Of a stretch of DNA of 64,000 bases, positions 35,721 through 49,400 are shown piece by piece; position 1 is the stretch's first letter; the number at the start of each line of letters is the position of its first letter. Made by a program: the position numbers and the translations under genes. Source of the stretch: Phyllosticta citribraziliensis (taxonomy: Eukaryota); the NCBI RefSeq assembly GCF_038025025.1, contig NW_027117353.1, positions 186,001 through 250,000 of the forward strand. The letters run 5' to 3'. The notes beneath the pieces were generated by a model that had not been told where the DNA came from, did no database searches, and saw only the letters and a program-made list of their open reading frames with translations.

Positions 35721-37695
35721 CTACCTATGCACCACCAACACGTCCCCAAACCCCTTTTTCATCTTGGCCAGCACCTCCCGCTCGCCCATGCCCAACTCGG
35801 TGCACACCTCGTCGAAGCAATGCAGGCCGTCAAGATATCTCGCAAGCGGCAACTCCCTGCCCAACCCCGTGCGGCCCGTTCCCGCTGTCGCGGCAGCCCC
35901 GACTCCACTGGGCGCCCCCACTGTGTCTTCTGCCTCCGACTCCTCGACCGTTGCTGCGTACGGCGAGTGGTAGCCGTTATGGCCGCGCCAGCGTGCACCG
36001 TGCAGGTGGTCGTGACCGTCGTAGGATGCCGTCGTGCCGGCGAGAGCGCCTGCGCTGGTCGTGACGGCGTACTTGTGAATGCGGTATAGGAAGCCTTTGA
36101 TCACTCCGAAAGTGATGAGGCGGCGGACGTCGATGTGAGTTAGCAGTGTTGCGTTCTCCAGAACCCACGAACGGAGTGTGACGCCCTGGCGAAGCGAGGA
36201 GTATAACTGGATCAAAGTGTCATGAGAGACGGTGGGTTGGTTCGGCGCGAGGACGAGGTTTGCAGTCAAGCCCGTAATGTTCGTGACATGAGTACCACTC
36301 GTTGAGGAGCGATTCGGACGATTGTGTAGCGGAGACGAATGCTGCGAAGGGCTACCGACGGCCGTCGTGACCGTGAAGCTGCCGACGCTGGCTTTGCGCG
36401 AGTGTCCCGACTCCTTTTTGATCTCTCCCGCAGCGTCTCCAATGGAAGCGTCAAGAAACCGTGGGATGCGGACATATTGCGCGCATTCTCCGAGAGCAGC
36501 ATCGTCCGTGAAGAAGTGCGATATCAAAGGTGTTGGCGCATATGTTGCCCCGAACTGAAAGATGTCAAGAAGCACAACGGTATCGTAGTACAGCAAGTGC
36601 TGGATTGCCTTGCGTGTAAGGCCGAGGTCCGTGTCGGCCAGTTGGGCAATGCTGGCAACCGAGTTGATGCCATCGATGAATGGCAGAATCCGCGTGAGTG
36701 TCAGGTCCGAGGAGAGAGTCGCGCAGCGATTGGTCTTGGCCGATGGCGAGGTATACATTTCCAGATCAATCGTCAGCAGTGGCACATGCCAACCATGTAC
36801 GGGGGCTGGAGGGAGCCTGGTAGGGAACAACTTCAGGTTGATCGTATTAGAATCATCTGTCTTCAGTCAGCGGGGTAGAAGCCAGTCTTGATGAACCGGA
36901 CGTACCAATTGGAATCATGCACTCGCAGTAATTGTTCAAGTCCTCCAAGATCATCTCGCAAAGCGCGTAAACCTTGCTCACGGCACCGTCCTCGACAAAG
37001 CCATCATCTTCTGCCACTTCGATCGCCTCTTCCTCATCCGGCTCATCCAATCTCAGGCCCTCGAGCCCCAACGACTGGACCGACTCCTCTCCATCTCCAC
37101 CGCTACCACTGCCCCTCCCACTACTCAAACTCTCGACCTCCCGAATCTTCTCCAAGGCAGCGGGGGCTTTGGCCAGCGCTCCCGCCAACGAGCCTCCCCC
37201 AGCAGCCGCCAGCGCCAGCTGCAGCTCCAGCTCATCGCGCTCCTTCTCCTCGACGCTCAAGAAGCCGCTCTGCTCCTCGAGGTTGCGCAGCAGGCGGCCC
37301 AGCTTGCGCACGACGCTGGCGTAGCTGTTCCAGTCCAGCAGCTCCTCCTCGACCACAAACGCAAAGTTGAAGATGAACTGGTTGCGGTCGTAGCGCCCGT
37401 CGTAGTTGTTGATGCACACCGGGTATCCGATGACGCGGTAGTGGTTGACGCACACCGTCACCAGCCGGTCGCAAAAATCTTGTCGCGGGATAACGTATTC
37501 CGAGATGGAGGCGAAGTCGAAGAGCGGTGTCGATTGGGCGCAGGGCGCTGATGAGGGCGTTATTGAACCCGGAGGAACCTGGTGGAGAACGCGCGAGCCT
37601 GTGTGAATGGCGGGGTGAGTACAGCGACGGCAATGACACAAGGGAGTGGTACCTTTTGCCGGGTGGAAGCGCGTGTAGAAAATGGCTTTGATCAT
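35721..37695 (-). CDS. NPR2: Nitrogen permease regulator 2 (GATOR1/SEACIT subunit), 3 exons
   Basis: MIKAIFYTRFHP..GSRVLHQVP, YVIPRQDFCDRLVTV, YDRNQFIFNF, ILEDLNNYCECMIPIDDSNTINLKLFP, IDVRRLITFGVIKGFLYR, LDGLHCFDEVCTEL. Confidence 0.93.
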
Positions 37696-38133
37696 GGCTG
37701 GTAGCTGATACCAGCTGCGTGGACTGGCCTACGAGCTGGATATCGCGCGCGTGGTGCTACATGGAGAGGTGCAGTGGTGTCGTGTGTTGACAGCGGCAAG
37801 CAGGGCACCCTGGCGGGGAGCAGTCCAGTCGCAATTCCCATGGTCCGTGCACACAGAGAGCTCGATGGCATTCGTAAAACAGGGTCTCAATTCATGTCAA
37901 GCATCCCTATCCAGCGGTTGACGCCACTAAGAGTGTACCATACAAGTGATTCTTTTGCGCCAGTGTCAATCTTGACGTTTCAATCCAGAGTCCCAGGTCC
38001 ATCATCCCCAGGCCTTCTCTTCCTTTCGTTTTTCTCTCGGACATAGTCCACAAGAGTTTAGCATCCCAACACGACGCCAGGACACACTTTCTGCCAATGA
38101 CAAGAGAGCTTGTGAAGCTTCCAGTTGACTCAT

Positions 38134-39091
38134 TTACCTCTCCTTCTTGGGGGTGGCATCAGATGCACTGGTCTGATCACCCAGCCTGTTGTACTCGCGC
38201 GACAGACCGTCGGCCTGCTTCTTCAGGTGCTCGATATCACGGTCCTTGGCCTTGAGCTGCTCCTTCAGCTTAGCAACCTCGCCGGGCTCCGAGGGGTCGC
38301 CGAGCGCGTTGACGCTCTTCTTGCTCTTGACCGACGAGTCGCCCTTGAGCTCCTTGAGCTCCTCCTCGAGGCGGAGCTGGTCCAGGATCATGACGTAGGT
38401 GCGGTTCAGGATCAGCGACAGGAAGAGCGTGAAGCCGCAGAGATACATGTTGCGCTGCGAGTAGAACTTGCGGGCCTGAACCTCCATGCGCTCCGAGCCG
38501 CCCAAGACAGCGGCACTGCGAAAGTTTTAGTTGCTGCTCTTCGAACCAACACGGGGGATCAAGTTGGACATACCCTCCACGCATCTCAGACTTGGACGCG
38601 GCAGCAAGTTCCAGCTGCACGCGGTAGACGCGGTTGACACTGTCAATGAAGAGGACAGTGATGAAGATGAAGGTTATCTAGAGCCTCGAATCAGACACCA
38701 GGTTCCACGCGTCTTCAGACTATCCCAAAACCAACCTTCATGCCATATTGGACTTTTGCCACGAGTGGACTCTCCGATATAAAGGTGAACAGCCGGCGGC
38801 GCCATGTAAAGGGCAGGGGGAAGATGAGAGAGCCGAAGATGAACATCTCCAGCATGAGGAGCATAAAGACCTGTGAAAGAGACCTGTTAGCTCGAGAACG
38901 TGTACTGTCGCGTGTAGTTGCAGAGAGCGAGATGCATCGTGTGCCTGTGTCGTATGACGTCGCTGTGATTGGTACTCGACAGCCATGTACTGCTCGCAGT
39001 GACGAGACACGACCACTTCAATGGCGATGCTGGCTTTTCACACGACACTGAACCGATGGTAGAAACTTACCATGCTGTAGTAGAGCGTCAT
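38134..39091 (-). CDS. BAP29/BAP31 family ER membrane protein (Yet-like), 4 exons
   Basis: MTLYYSM|VFMLLMLEM, LFIDSVNRVYRV, RKFYSQRNMYLCGFTLFLSLILNR, coiled coil and C-terminal KKER dilysine ER-retrieval motif. Confidence 0.92.
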
Positions 39092-40642
39092 GATGGAAGG
39101 TTAAGCCGCGGGGTCGCTGTCGTGACGGGTGTGAAGGTAGAGCGGGCGAGTATTCGCGTTTCGAAGCGGCGTCGAGGAATGAGTCGACAGTGCCGTGGGG
39201 TAGAGTGGATTGGGAGGGAGAAGTGACAGACGTCGATGGCTGTTGTCAAGAAGTAGAAGTAGTGGGGAGAGCTCGGCGGCGGGACACGGTGACGACGCAG
39301 CAGGGCAGGGCAGGGCAGGGTGGCAGGCAACGGCAAGCAGGCAGGCCAAAAGCTGGCTAGAACGGGCTGAGCTGCAGACCCTTACGTCAGTGGATGTGGT
39401 CTGTGCGCCACCACCGAACCGACCCGCTTGCTTCCCGCCCACGACAACCTCGACTACAACTCGAACAGATGCAAGCTCAAGACCACCTGCACCCACGTAA
39501 GCATTCTCTCTCTCTCTTACCCCTCATCCTTCTCCCTCCATGACGAGCACGCTGGGGCCATAAGACACCGACCACCTAGCTGGTTTCCTCCAGCTGGGCA
39601 GGAAAGGGTTACGAAACCAGCTACCCAATAATCTTCTCACCTGTCTGAAGGAAACGGGACGCAGGACCTGAATACCTTTCCACTTTATTTTTTAAATACA
39701 TCGGTAGCTGATTCAAATGCTCATAGGCTTTGTAGGATGGTCTCGTGGGTGTTGGTGGTTGGCAGGCGTTGGCAGGCGCTGGCAGAACAAGCAATGAAGA
39801 GATTTATTTTTGACAAATAATCGCATCGAACCATGCATTCTATGACTGCACATGCCACGAGTCACGATTGCAACAAATTCTCAAAACGTCGGCCTGTCCC
39901 ACCTCCACAGCCCACGCCCCCAAAGCCAAACATATTCATATGTGCAATAATTCATTATGCCAGTGCCTTGCTGTACACAAATCGAGATGACGCGATATAG
40001 ACTCGGTTTCCGGCTTCGAAATAGAAGCCAAGCCGCAAAGCAAAAGTGATGACGGGAAGCAATGCCATACGGAAGAGAAGAAATGTGTGGAGAAGACGGG
40101 CTGTTCTGTGCGGCCTAGAGAAATGATCATGATGGTAAACATGCAAGAAGAGCGCAAGGTGCCAAACCGCAAGGAGAATCAGAGGCTGCGAACGAAGTGG
40201 AGATGCGAGAGGAAGCAACACGCAAAAACGACAAAACGGGACCCCTTTGATCAAACGCTCGATTGGCAGCTGCCAAGTAAATCAGGCAAAGACGGCATGC
40301 GACGGTATGCTGCTCTCCTAACAAGGACGCAAAAATGCAAGAAAGGCCGAAGGAGACAGCGAAGAACAAAGCTCCTCGCGACCAAAGAAAAAGTGACTTT
40401 AGAACCCAGAGCAAAACCTGGTAAGACGATGCGATGCGAATGCTGCCGACTCTTGTAACTGTCCCGATGCCCGTTGCCGTCCTGTTCGTCCATCCTTCCG
40501 TTCCTGTATGCGCCAATATTCCGGCCTGGATGCAGCACGCCGTGTGTGCGTGCGTGGCCCTCCAGGCCCTGTATCCCATGGTATCTTTATACAAACCGCC
40601 CGCCCGCCCAACCAACAGAAAGAAACAGAAAGAAAAAAAAAA

Positions 40643-40661
40643 GGGGGGGGGGGGGGGGGGG
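40643..40661 (+). repeat. G19 homopolymer preceded by an A-tract, just past the histidine kinase stop
   Basis: Direct reading. Confidence 0.9.
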
Positions 40662-40708
40662 AAGGCGTGAGATGAACCCCCTGACCCGACTCTGTAAACG
40701 CCGCACGT

Positions 40709-43700
40709 CTACCCCATGCTCATTGATGCTTCCACTCCGGCACCGCCCACGTTACTCTCATCGTTGCCCTCGTCTTCTCGCTCCCCGGCGCCTGACCACC
40801 GCGCGGCCAGCTCTTCAATCTTCGGCACCAGCTCTGGAATGCGAAATGGCTTGCTGACGACGTCGTCCATGCCGGCGGCCATGAGCTGCGCAATCTGCTC
40901 GGCGCGCGCGTTCGCCGTGACCGCGATGATGGGCAAGTGCCGCACAATCTTGCCGCACGACTCCCACTCGCGGATCTTGCGCGTTGCTGCCAGGCCGTCC
41001 ATGACGGGCATTTCCTGGTCCATGAGGACCACCGAAAGATCGAGAAGGGGGTTATCTTCGTGGTCTGCCGAGCCTTGGCGGTTGGTCGAGGCAAAGTGCG
41101 TGCTATGGCGCAGCTTGTCCAGGCATTCGCCGCCGTGGTTGGCGACGTGGACGCTGAAACCGGCGTTCTTCAGCTGCTTTTGCAGCACTCTTTGGTTGAC
41201 GAGGTTGCTGTCCCACATTAGTCAATAACGAACATGAAAGAAACACTAAAGGAAGGTGATCTTACTCCTCTACAATCAAAACGACGGTATCCTTCCTTTC
41301 CTTTGCCTTCGCGGGAGCATTCTCTGTCGGCACAGAGCTCACGGCGGGTGCAAAGTCCTTGGTTTTGACCACTGATTCCTGCGACCCGCCAGCCCTCTTC
41401 CGCAAATCGCTGGCCGTGCGGCCGAGATTGATGGCGTATTGTTCGCATAGATCCTCTGGGGGGCAGCACCGCCTACCCTTGACGTAAAAGGCAAACGTGC
41501 TGCCTTTGCCTGCTTCTGAGGAGACGCCAATCTCGCCGCCTTGAAGCTCCGTCAGCTCCCGCGAGATAAAGAGTCCAAGGCCTGATCCGCCATATTGCAC
41601 ATGCGTGCGAGGCGACGCTTGTGAAAATCTCAAGAATAGTAGCTTCTTCTCCTCCTCGGTGAGTCCACGGCCCGTATCTTGCACGGCAAAGTGGATGTAA
41701 ATGTTTTCGCCTGTGCCCCAGTCGGATCCCCGGGTCATGTCGATGCGTTTGGAGCGCGTTGGAAAATAGTCCACGAGCCGATTTTCCAGGGACGAAAACT
41801 TCTCGGTCGAGGCTGCGATGGTTAATCGAATAGTACGCTTGGATTCCGTTGTTGTGAATTTGATGGCATTGGTGGTTAGGTTGATGAGGACCTGGAGAAC
41901 TCGGGAGGGGTCCAGTTTCACCCAGTCCACGCCCAGTCTTTGGAAGGATTCGTCCACAACGAATTCCATTTGAATGTCGGCAGTTTGAAGCTCGCCTTCG
42001 AACATTTTCAGGGCTCGTTGGACAACTGTCAATGGCTGCACGTCGACCGGAGTGACAAGGAGCATGGCCGAATCGAGTTTGCTCAGTGTCAGGACATCGT
42101 CGACGATGCGTTTTTGATGCTGCGCGCAAAGAGCAATGGTCTGGGCCGCGTCAATGTTGCTCGTGACGAGCTCTGCGTCAATATCTGCAACACCGCGGCT
42201 GTGGAAGTTGTCGGCATTTGTGTCTTTGAACTCTGCAAGACTCGAGGAAATCTCATCGGCGCATTGAAGGATTGCACTCTGAGACGGGTTAGCATACAGC
42301 AGGACCATTTACAATTGCAGCGGTGAATGACTGCTCCTTGTATAGCTGACATACCAAAGGATTACGCATCTCGTGAGAGGTGATGTCGATAAAGTTCTCT
42401 TGCTGGCGCTTCAACTCAACTGCCTCCTCCATCTTGCGTTTCTGGAAGTCTTCCGCCCACTTTTGCTGGCTGATGTTGGTAATGGTGCCAAAGACACTCT
42501 TGAGGTGACCACGTTCATCCTTTTCAGGGTAGGCGCTGAAGAGAACCCATGTATCTGTTCTGTTGCCATTGCTGTCTTCCCAGGGGGCTCTGAATCGGAA
42601 TTCAGCAGTGACAGCTTCGGCATTCTCGACAAGCCTGCTCCACAAGCTCATGACGAGCTTTTGGTCCTCAACCTTGACTGCATTTATCCAGCGGTCTGTA
42701 CTGGCACTGTTCTTGGGCACTCGTGAGATCAAGTACCACGTGTCGTTGCAATAGGTAATGTGGCCTTCCGAGTCGGCGATGAAGAGGCCTGCAGGGGAGA
42801 ATTCCGCCATTCGTGTGAACCTCGTCTCACTGTCCCGCGCCTCCTGAGTCCGGGCGGCAAGCTGCTCGGACAGCTCCATGCGATCGAGTGCGGCAAGTTT
42901 CGCTGCTCTTTGACCTCGCCGGATCTCTTCTTCAAACAACACGACTGAAGCCAGAGATGTCGCCAACTGCCGACTAAGAAGCTGCACGAATAGACTGTAG
43001 TCGTCGTTGTACGGTTGGCGCGGATTGACACCCAATATGAGGAAGCCCAAAATTGCTTCGCCCGTCGTTGGGTGGATAGGGCATACGACGACCGACCGAA
43101 CCGGATCGTCAAAGCCCCGTCCCTCGATGCCGTCCAGCATATCAGCTGGAAGTTCACCGGTCCCTACTTCAAGCAGGACCGGCTTGTCCGTCTTCATGAC
43201 CTCTCGCAACACCGGACAGAAGCCTTCCGTACTCGTCTTGAGCTCCAGATTGCGTGGTGCGGAAGGGTGGCCTTTCGGCACACCCAGAGACCCTTCTAAT
43301 AGGCATACTTTCGTGCCGAACATGCTGCTGGAATGTATCGAAGAGGAGTCGCTATCGGACTCATCCGAAACAGAGTAAAGTAGCACGAAGGGCGTGTCAT
43401 GCTCGTTACTGGTCAGCGCGGCCAATACCTGTGCCCAAAAGCCCTTGATGTCTCTCGCCGCTGCCGTTCGCTCCCCTACCTCACGAAGAGTGAGCATCCG
43501 TCTCTCGGCGATTTTTCTTCTAGTCTTCTCGAACGCAGGATTGTAAAGACCCATGACTTTTCCGTTTGAAATCATGGGTATTATGGACCATCTGTACAAG
43601 ATCAGCTGTCATACCACCAAGACAAGACTCGATACTCACGAAAAGTACGTCTCTTCAAGGAAGCCGTTGCGCCTGATAAACAAGCAATCATCGTCCTAGA

Positions 43701-45554
43701 AGAAGTGAGAATTTTTACTAACAAAGACATTTGGCTGAATACCTTCATTGTAGCTTGGCCGCTCAGCTTGGCATTGACAAAGACTTCTTTGACCTCGTTC
43801 CAGATTTCAGCCCAAGCGTCCTTGTAACGTTGTCCCATCAACCTGGGATGCTTCTGCCCTGCAAGTAAGACGTAGGCCTCGTTGTATATAGCAACAAGAT
43901 CATCACCCCAGTACATGGCAGCTGGGTGAGGTGATGCCATGACGAGGTTTGCATAGTTTCGGAGATCAGCCGACCAATATTCGATTGGCCCTAGCGGCGT
44001 CGATGCCCAGTCGATGCTGCGGGCAAACTGAATGTGCTTGGGCAGGTCGGAAGTAATGGTTAGGCGGGTCCAATCAAAGAAGCCGAGCTCTTTACGAAGA
44101 TGTATACTTGGGTCACTGCCGAAGAATGAATCAACATCGCCCGCAACAGCAGCTCGGAGAACGCACTCATTTGATAGTGAAGGATGAGATGACATTGCCA
44201 TAATGTCGGGTGTACCGAGAGCGCGATTGGCCAGACCGGTTGCAGCGATGGCGGACGGGGTATCGGGAAGGTCTGTGCCTGTATCTTGCGACGAAGGTAG
44301 GAGAGAGCTTTGGATGGGAGTGTCTGCAGGAAGACCGGGGGAATTGGGTAGGCCGAAGTAGTCTCTTGCTTCTGTTTCTGGAGCCTCGGTGTCCACGGGG
44401 CCCTCGGGCTCGTCGTTGGAGACCAGTAAAGACGCTGATGGCGGCGGTTGCGTCGTGGCCGAGCTGGGGATGGATGACGAGGTCTCCGAGGGTGGCGGCA
44501 TGGCATAGTTGCCGCTCACGATGCGGTATCGTTTTCGAATGGTGTATGCGTTCCAGGATAGGTCGCTGTAGAGAAGGCCCGGGAGACAAACATCCAAAGA
44601 TTCACCATTCACAACGGCAGAAAGGAGCCACGTCTTGAACTGGGCGAAACTTCTGAGGGTTGAAGGGTCTTTGGCATCATTCACAGCTTTTCCGGTAATT
44701 AAATCGACAAGTCCCGTGCTCGATCGGAGCGCCGCATTTGCGAATACTATATTCAAGTACCCTGGACCATATACAGAGGGATCCCCCAAGTCCACGATGA
44801 AGGTCGGTCGGCCATCGTGTTCCAGCAACTCGGTTATACCAATCTGGCTCAGCCCGCGAGGAAGCTCCTTGTCTCGAGAATCGGGGGAGGCGGGGGAGGG
44901 TCGTTGAACTGGGCTGGAGGTTGCGAGGGTGCCGCGAGCGAGAGTGACGGTTCTGATGCCACTGTCCTCGCGGGCATTGCTCATCATCCTCGCAGCGGCC
45001 TCGGAGCTGGAGAAGCGGGCAGGCAGAGGCGGCCTGGCTCGCTTGGTGTTTGAAAAAAAGAGCGGCGACGGGGGCTGCGGCTTCTTGTCGCGGGGAGGCC
45101 AGGAGAAGTCAAAGTGGTCCAGAGTATGGCGCGAGCGAGTGTGAAGCTTGCGACGCTTGTGCAGAGGCTCGGAGGGAGGTTTGACTTCTGGAGCCGAGGT
45201 CGAGTGGCTGGCGGCGCGCTTTTCAGCGGGCTTGGAAGGGGTGACAAAAGAATCAGCGACAGGTTTCGGCGGCGAACAAGGCTGCGGGTCTGAGGAGCGG
45301 TTCAGAGAGGGAGGTTGGCCGGGGGTGGGCTTTGAGGGCCAAGCGGGACGCGCAAAGGTGGTGGTGGTGGTGGTGGTGCTGTGGTGATGCGAGGCGGCGG
45401 CGGCGGCGGCGGCGACTTGAGTACGGACGGGGGTGGAGGAAAGGTTGTCCAGCGTGGCGCAATACTCGGGAGTGCTCAGGCGGCGCTTCTCTGAGTTGTT
45501 GGAGTCGTCGGAGGTGCCCTGTCGTCCGGTGAAGATGGAGCGAGGATTATTCAT
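40709..45554 (-). CDS. Hybrid two-component histidine kinase (PAS/GAF/PAS-HisKA-HATPase-receiver), 5 exons
   Basis: IDWASTPLGP PAS-like region, H-box TSHEMRNPL|SAI, N-box NLTTNAIKF, G1 DTGRG, G2 GGSGLGL, receiver VLIVED..LMDQEMPVMDG..TANA..SKP. Start codon is uncertain. Confidence 0.92.
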
Positions 45555-46403
45555 AGAGGCGGAAGGGCGCGAGTCGTGGGCATGTCGACGCCTCGACGAG
45601 CACAGGCCGAGCAGCAGATGGAAGCTGAAGGCGCGGCTGCGGAATGACGATGGCGACGACTGGCGAGGCTAGCGCACCGAAGGCTAAGGTATTTAGCACC
45701 GGCACTCGGTTGGTACATGTACCAGTGGTAGGCAGGGATTCGGCGTTTGGCTGGGGACCTGAAGAGCAGAGGACCTGAGCGCAGAAACGGCATGGGGGGA
45801 GATGGTGGTGAGGAAGAAGGGAGGGAAGGGGTTGGACGACAGCACCAGAGGCAGTCCAGACGAGCAGAATCATTTTTTCTCTCTCCTCAGTTTGTCGCAG
45901 CAGTGTAGCGGGCGCGGCGGGAGGATTCATGACATCCATCAGCCCAGCCCAGGGTCTCGCCTCGCAGGTGGTGCATCAGTGGGTCCCAGGCCCGCCGCCA
46001 GCTCCAGACCTGACCGACTCTGGGACCCTCTGATCTGCACCCACCCCAGACCACCTCCACCTGCGCCTGCTGAAACACTGCTGCTCTGCTATGCGCATTG
46101 CTTCCTTCACGTCCTTCGCCCTGCATCCGGTTCGCCTCTTTGTGCTCAAGTCGCTTTGTCAACCTCTACAAACTCCCTGCCTGTCACTCTCCGCGTGTCT
46201 GTCCTACAACACTCGCCAAAGCTCAAAGAAGCAACCTTGCAGAATGGACGACAATGACCAACTCGTTGTCCGCTCCGCAAGCAGCCATGCGCCCGCTACT
46301 AAAGAACTTGCTTCTCCACATCTTTCTAGTCTGACCGTCTACGCGCGAGCCATTTCCACTTCTTGCTTCCACGTCTTCTCGCCTTCAGAAACCGCTGACC
46401 ATC

Positions 46404-49400
46404 ATGTCGCAACTACCCGACTCATCTCCCGAGCCCGACGGAGACAGCCAACAACCAGATGTTCTTCACAGGGGCGACATGTATCCAGCCTATGCAACCA
46501 TCCCCGCGGCTCCGTTGCCCAAACCGTACGGATGGTGGGCCGACATTGCTCCCAGGTTGGATGAATCCCAGAGGAACGTCATGCCAATGGTCATCAAAGC
46601 TTACGACCATTTGGTCGAGCGACAGCAGATGGAAATGAATGCCCTTCACGCTGAAGAAACCGCAATGCTGTTCGCAAGAGTCATTGCCAATATGGACCTT
46701 AAGTTTAACGAAATCCCCAAAGAGGAACGCAGGGAAAGGACAAAGCGGACCGCTCTGGTTTTTTGGCGAGCGTGGGGAGCGCAGGTCGATCCAATCTACA
46801 AGCGCGAACGGACTTGGGCAGAGTATGATGATTTTGTTCATGATGCCGCGTTTGAGGCTCTCAAGTACCTGAGGCTGTCAGTGGATGATTTCAACGACGA
46901 ATACGAGCAAGTGTTGGATGATCAGTGGGGGATTGACAACCACGAAAGATACGAAGAACGACGTCGCCGCCGAGATGAGGAGCACATCAAGCAGAGACAA
47001 GAATACCTGCAAGGTATCGGCCCGCTTCAAATAATACCAGGAACACATGGACAAGGGACACCATTGACGCCGCACGGAAGAAGCGCATCAATCCCATCGT
47101 ATACACCACCGAGTCCAACCCAGGTTCACAGGAAGATCTCGAACGACCTGGATGCTGGGAGCAGTTCCGGAGAAAGCCTCAGCATCTCTGGAGCACCTCG
47201 ACCCGTGAAATTTTATTTTGGGAAGCACAATGAGCATCTCACAACACTCCAGCGGGATCTTCAGACTGGCCTTCGTCACGAAGATTTCAAGACATGCAGG
47301 AGGCTCCAAGTTCAGGAGGCCGAAGAGCTGCGTCAGCAGCAGAAACTTGACTTGGCACACTTGCCTCAAGAAAGCGATTCTAAATTCGATTACGCACATC
47401 AGCGAATGTTGGATTGGCACCAAAAGCAAAAACTGAAGATCCGGAGAAAACACCTCCAAGAGTTGCAAGTGTTGGCGGAAGCAAAGAACCTTGACCAACA
47501 ACCAAAACCAACGTCGACGGATCCACAAACCCCCAAACCCTCCTATGCGTCGTATTCAAACAGCCTGAGGAGAGCCAGGAGTCTACAAGGTCGATCAGCT
47601 ACACCTTTCTCGAAAAGGTCAAGAAGCCACGGCCCACGCTACCTAGAATTCGATGACGATGGAGCTGAGATTCCATTCCTACATCGCCGTCCTTTAGAAG
47701 ATGAGAGAATGATCAGTCCTGCCGTCAGATCATCCGCTTCACACCGTAACACCGGCCCGCGCCGTCTCTGCTACGAGAGACATTCCGCACCGGCAGCATT
47801 TACGCCATACACCCCGGAACCAATGATTGGAGGCGAGAGAATCGAGCCGCTTAACGCAGGAACTCTTCTCGACTCGCGACCACCGGTCCCTGCTTTGGTA
47901 ATCACGAAGCCAGCAGACAGCGCACCAGCAGAATCAGGAAGGGGATGGGGAAGGCCTAGGCGCAACAACCCATCAAACTTGACCACTCCCACGTCCGCTG
48001 GCGCTTTCCCAAAACCTGGTCAACCTGGTGGTGGTTTGAATTCTGGAGGTCTTCGTCCCGACGTGTCGATTGGAAATGCACGAAGTGGCCGTGGCCCTCG
48101 AAGTCCTGGAACGCCGAGCCCAACTCCAAGGATATTTTCCAACGATCGAAATCCAGAGTTCTCTTCTAGTTCTGGCAACTTCTTTGATTCGGCTTACTAC
48201 GCGTCGGTGCACACCCCCGACCGCAAGGCTGCTTTCGGATCTCTTTTGAGGCCTAGCTCATCCGCCGCAGTGTTTTCCGACAAGCAGCAGCCTGACGGCA
48301 TGTCTGCTAAGTCTCCTAGCTTCCCGAAGAACAATACAGAACGGGGAAATGGTCCTAGCTCTGTGAGCTTCAAGAATAAGGACCCATTTGCTGCTCCAAA
48401 GCCTTCCGTCAACGGACAACCAGCTTCTTTTTCAAATCCACCGGGCCGTTTCCCAGCGACAACCTCCAGGCCACCTGCACGCCCTTCGACGTTGAACTCA
48501 AACTATCAGCCAGGCGCCATGTCTACGTTTCCCGGCTCTGCTTACGTACCACCTACCAACAGACAAACACCGAAGTCTGTTCTCAGGACGAAGCCGTTGG
48601 ACAACATTGAATCGCGTACAAATGGTTTGGGTGCTGGCCCCGATGGCCCTTTTTCGCCTAGGGCATCTCCCGGGATAGCCTCCTACGACGCGCCGTTGGT
48701 TGGGTCTGATTCGCATCCAGATGATCTATATGCTAGCCCCGATAGCCCCTTTTCGCCTAGGACATCTCGCGGGACAGCCTCTCACAATGAGGATCGGTTG
48801 ATTGAGTCCGACTCGGATCAAAACGATCTGAGTGCTCGCCCTAGAACCACTCGTTTCTTGGCCAGGCCATCTCTCAGGACAACATCTCGCAATGAGACCA
48901 TGGAGCATGACGTAGACGGCTTGGCCCACTCAAGAACCCCAAAGGAGATTGAACTTCCTCGGAATATGCTTGTGGCGTCTCGCAATACTCTTTCTGATAA
49001 TCTCAACGCATACGACGGCTACGATGGCTTTCGAAATTTCAGACCGCTCCCTGCAGCGCCCGAAAGATCAAACGTGCCTCGGAGGAGGCTCATGGCAACT
49101 ACCAGGACACCATTTCAGACCGAGACTCCGTCTGCTAGTTTCAACGCGTATGGCGGCCGAAATGGCTTTCGAGATCTCAGACCGTCCTCTGCTGCGCCTG
49201 AGAAATCTATCGTTCCTCGGAGTAGGTTCTCTGCGACTCCGAGGATACCACCTCAGCATGAGCCTCCATCCGCTGGTTTTAACGCTTACGGCGGCCGGAA
49301 TGGGATTCGGGACCTCGGACCGTCCTCTGCTGCGCCTGAAAAATCTCACGTGCCTCCTCCCAGGCACACTCCAAGACGATCCCGCTCAAGAACTATTCCT

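Noticed and set aside
45711..45724. Perfect 14-bp palindrome TGGTACATGTACCA
   Set aside because: A few palindromes of this length are expected by chance in 64 kb (about 4^-7 per position).
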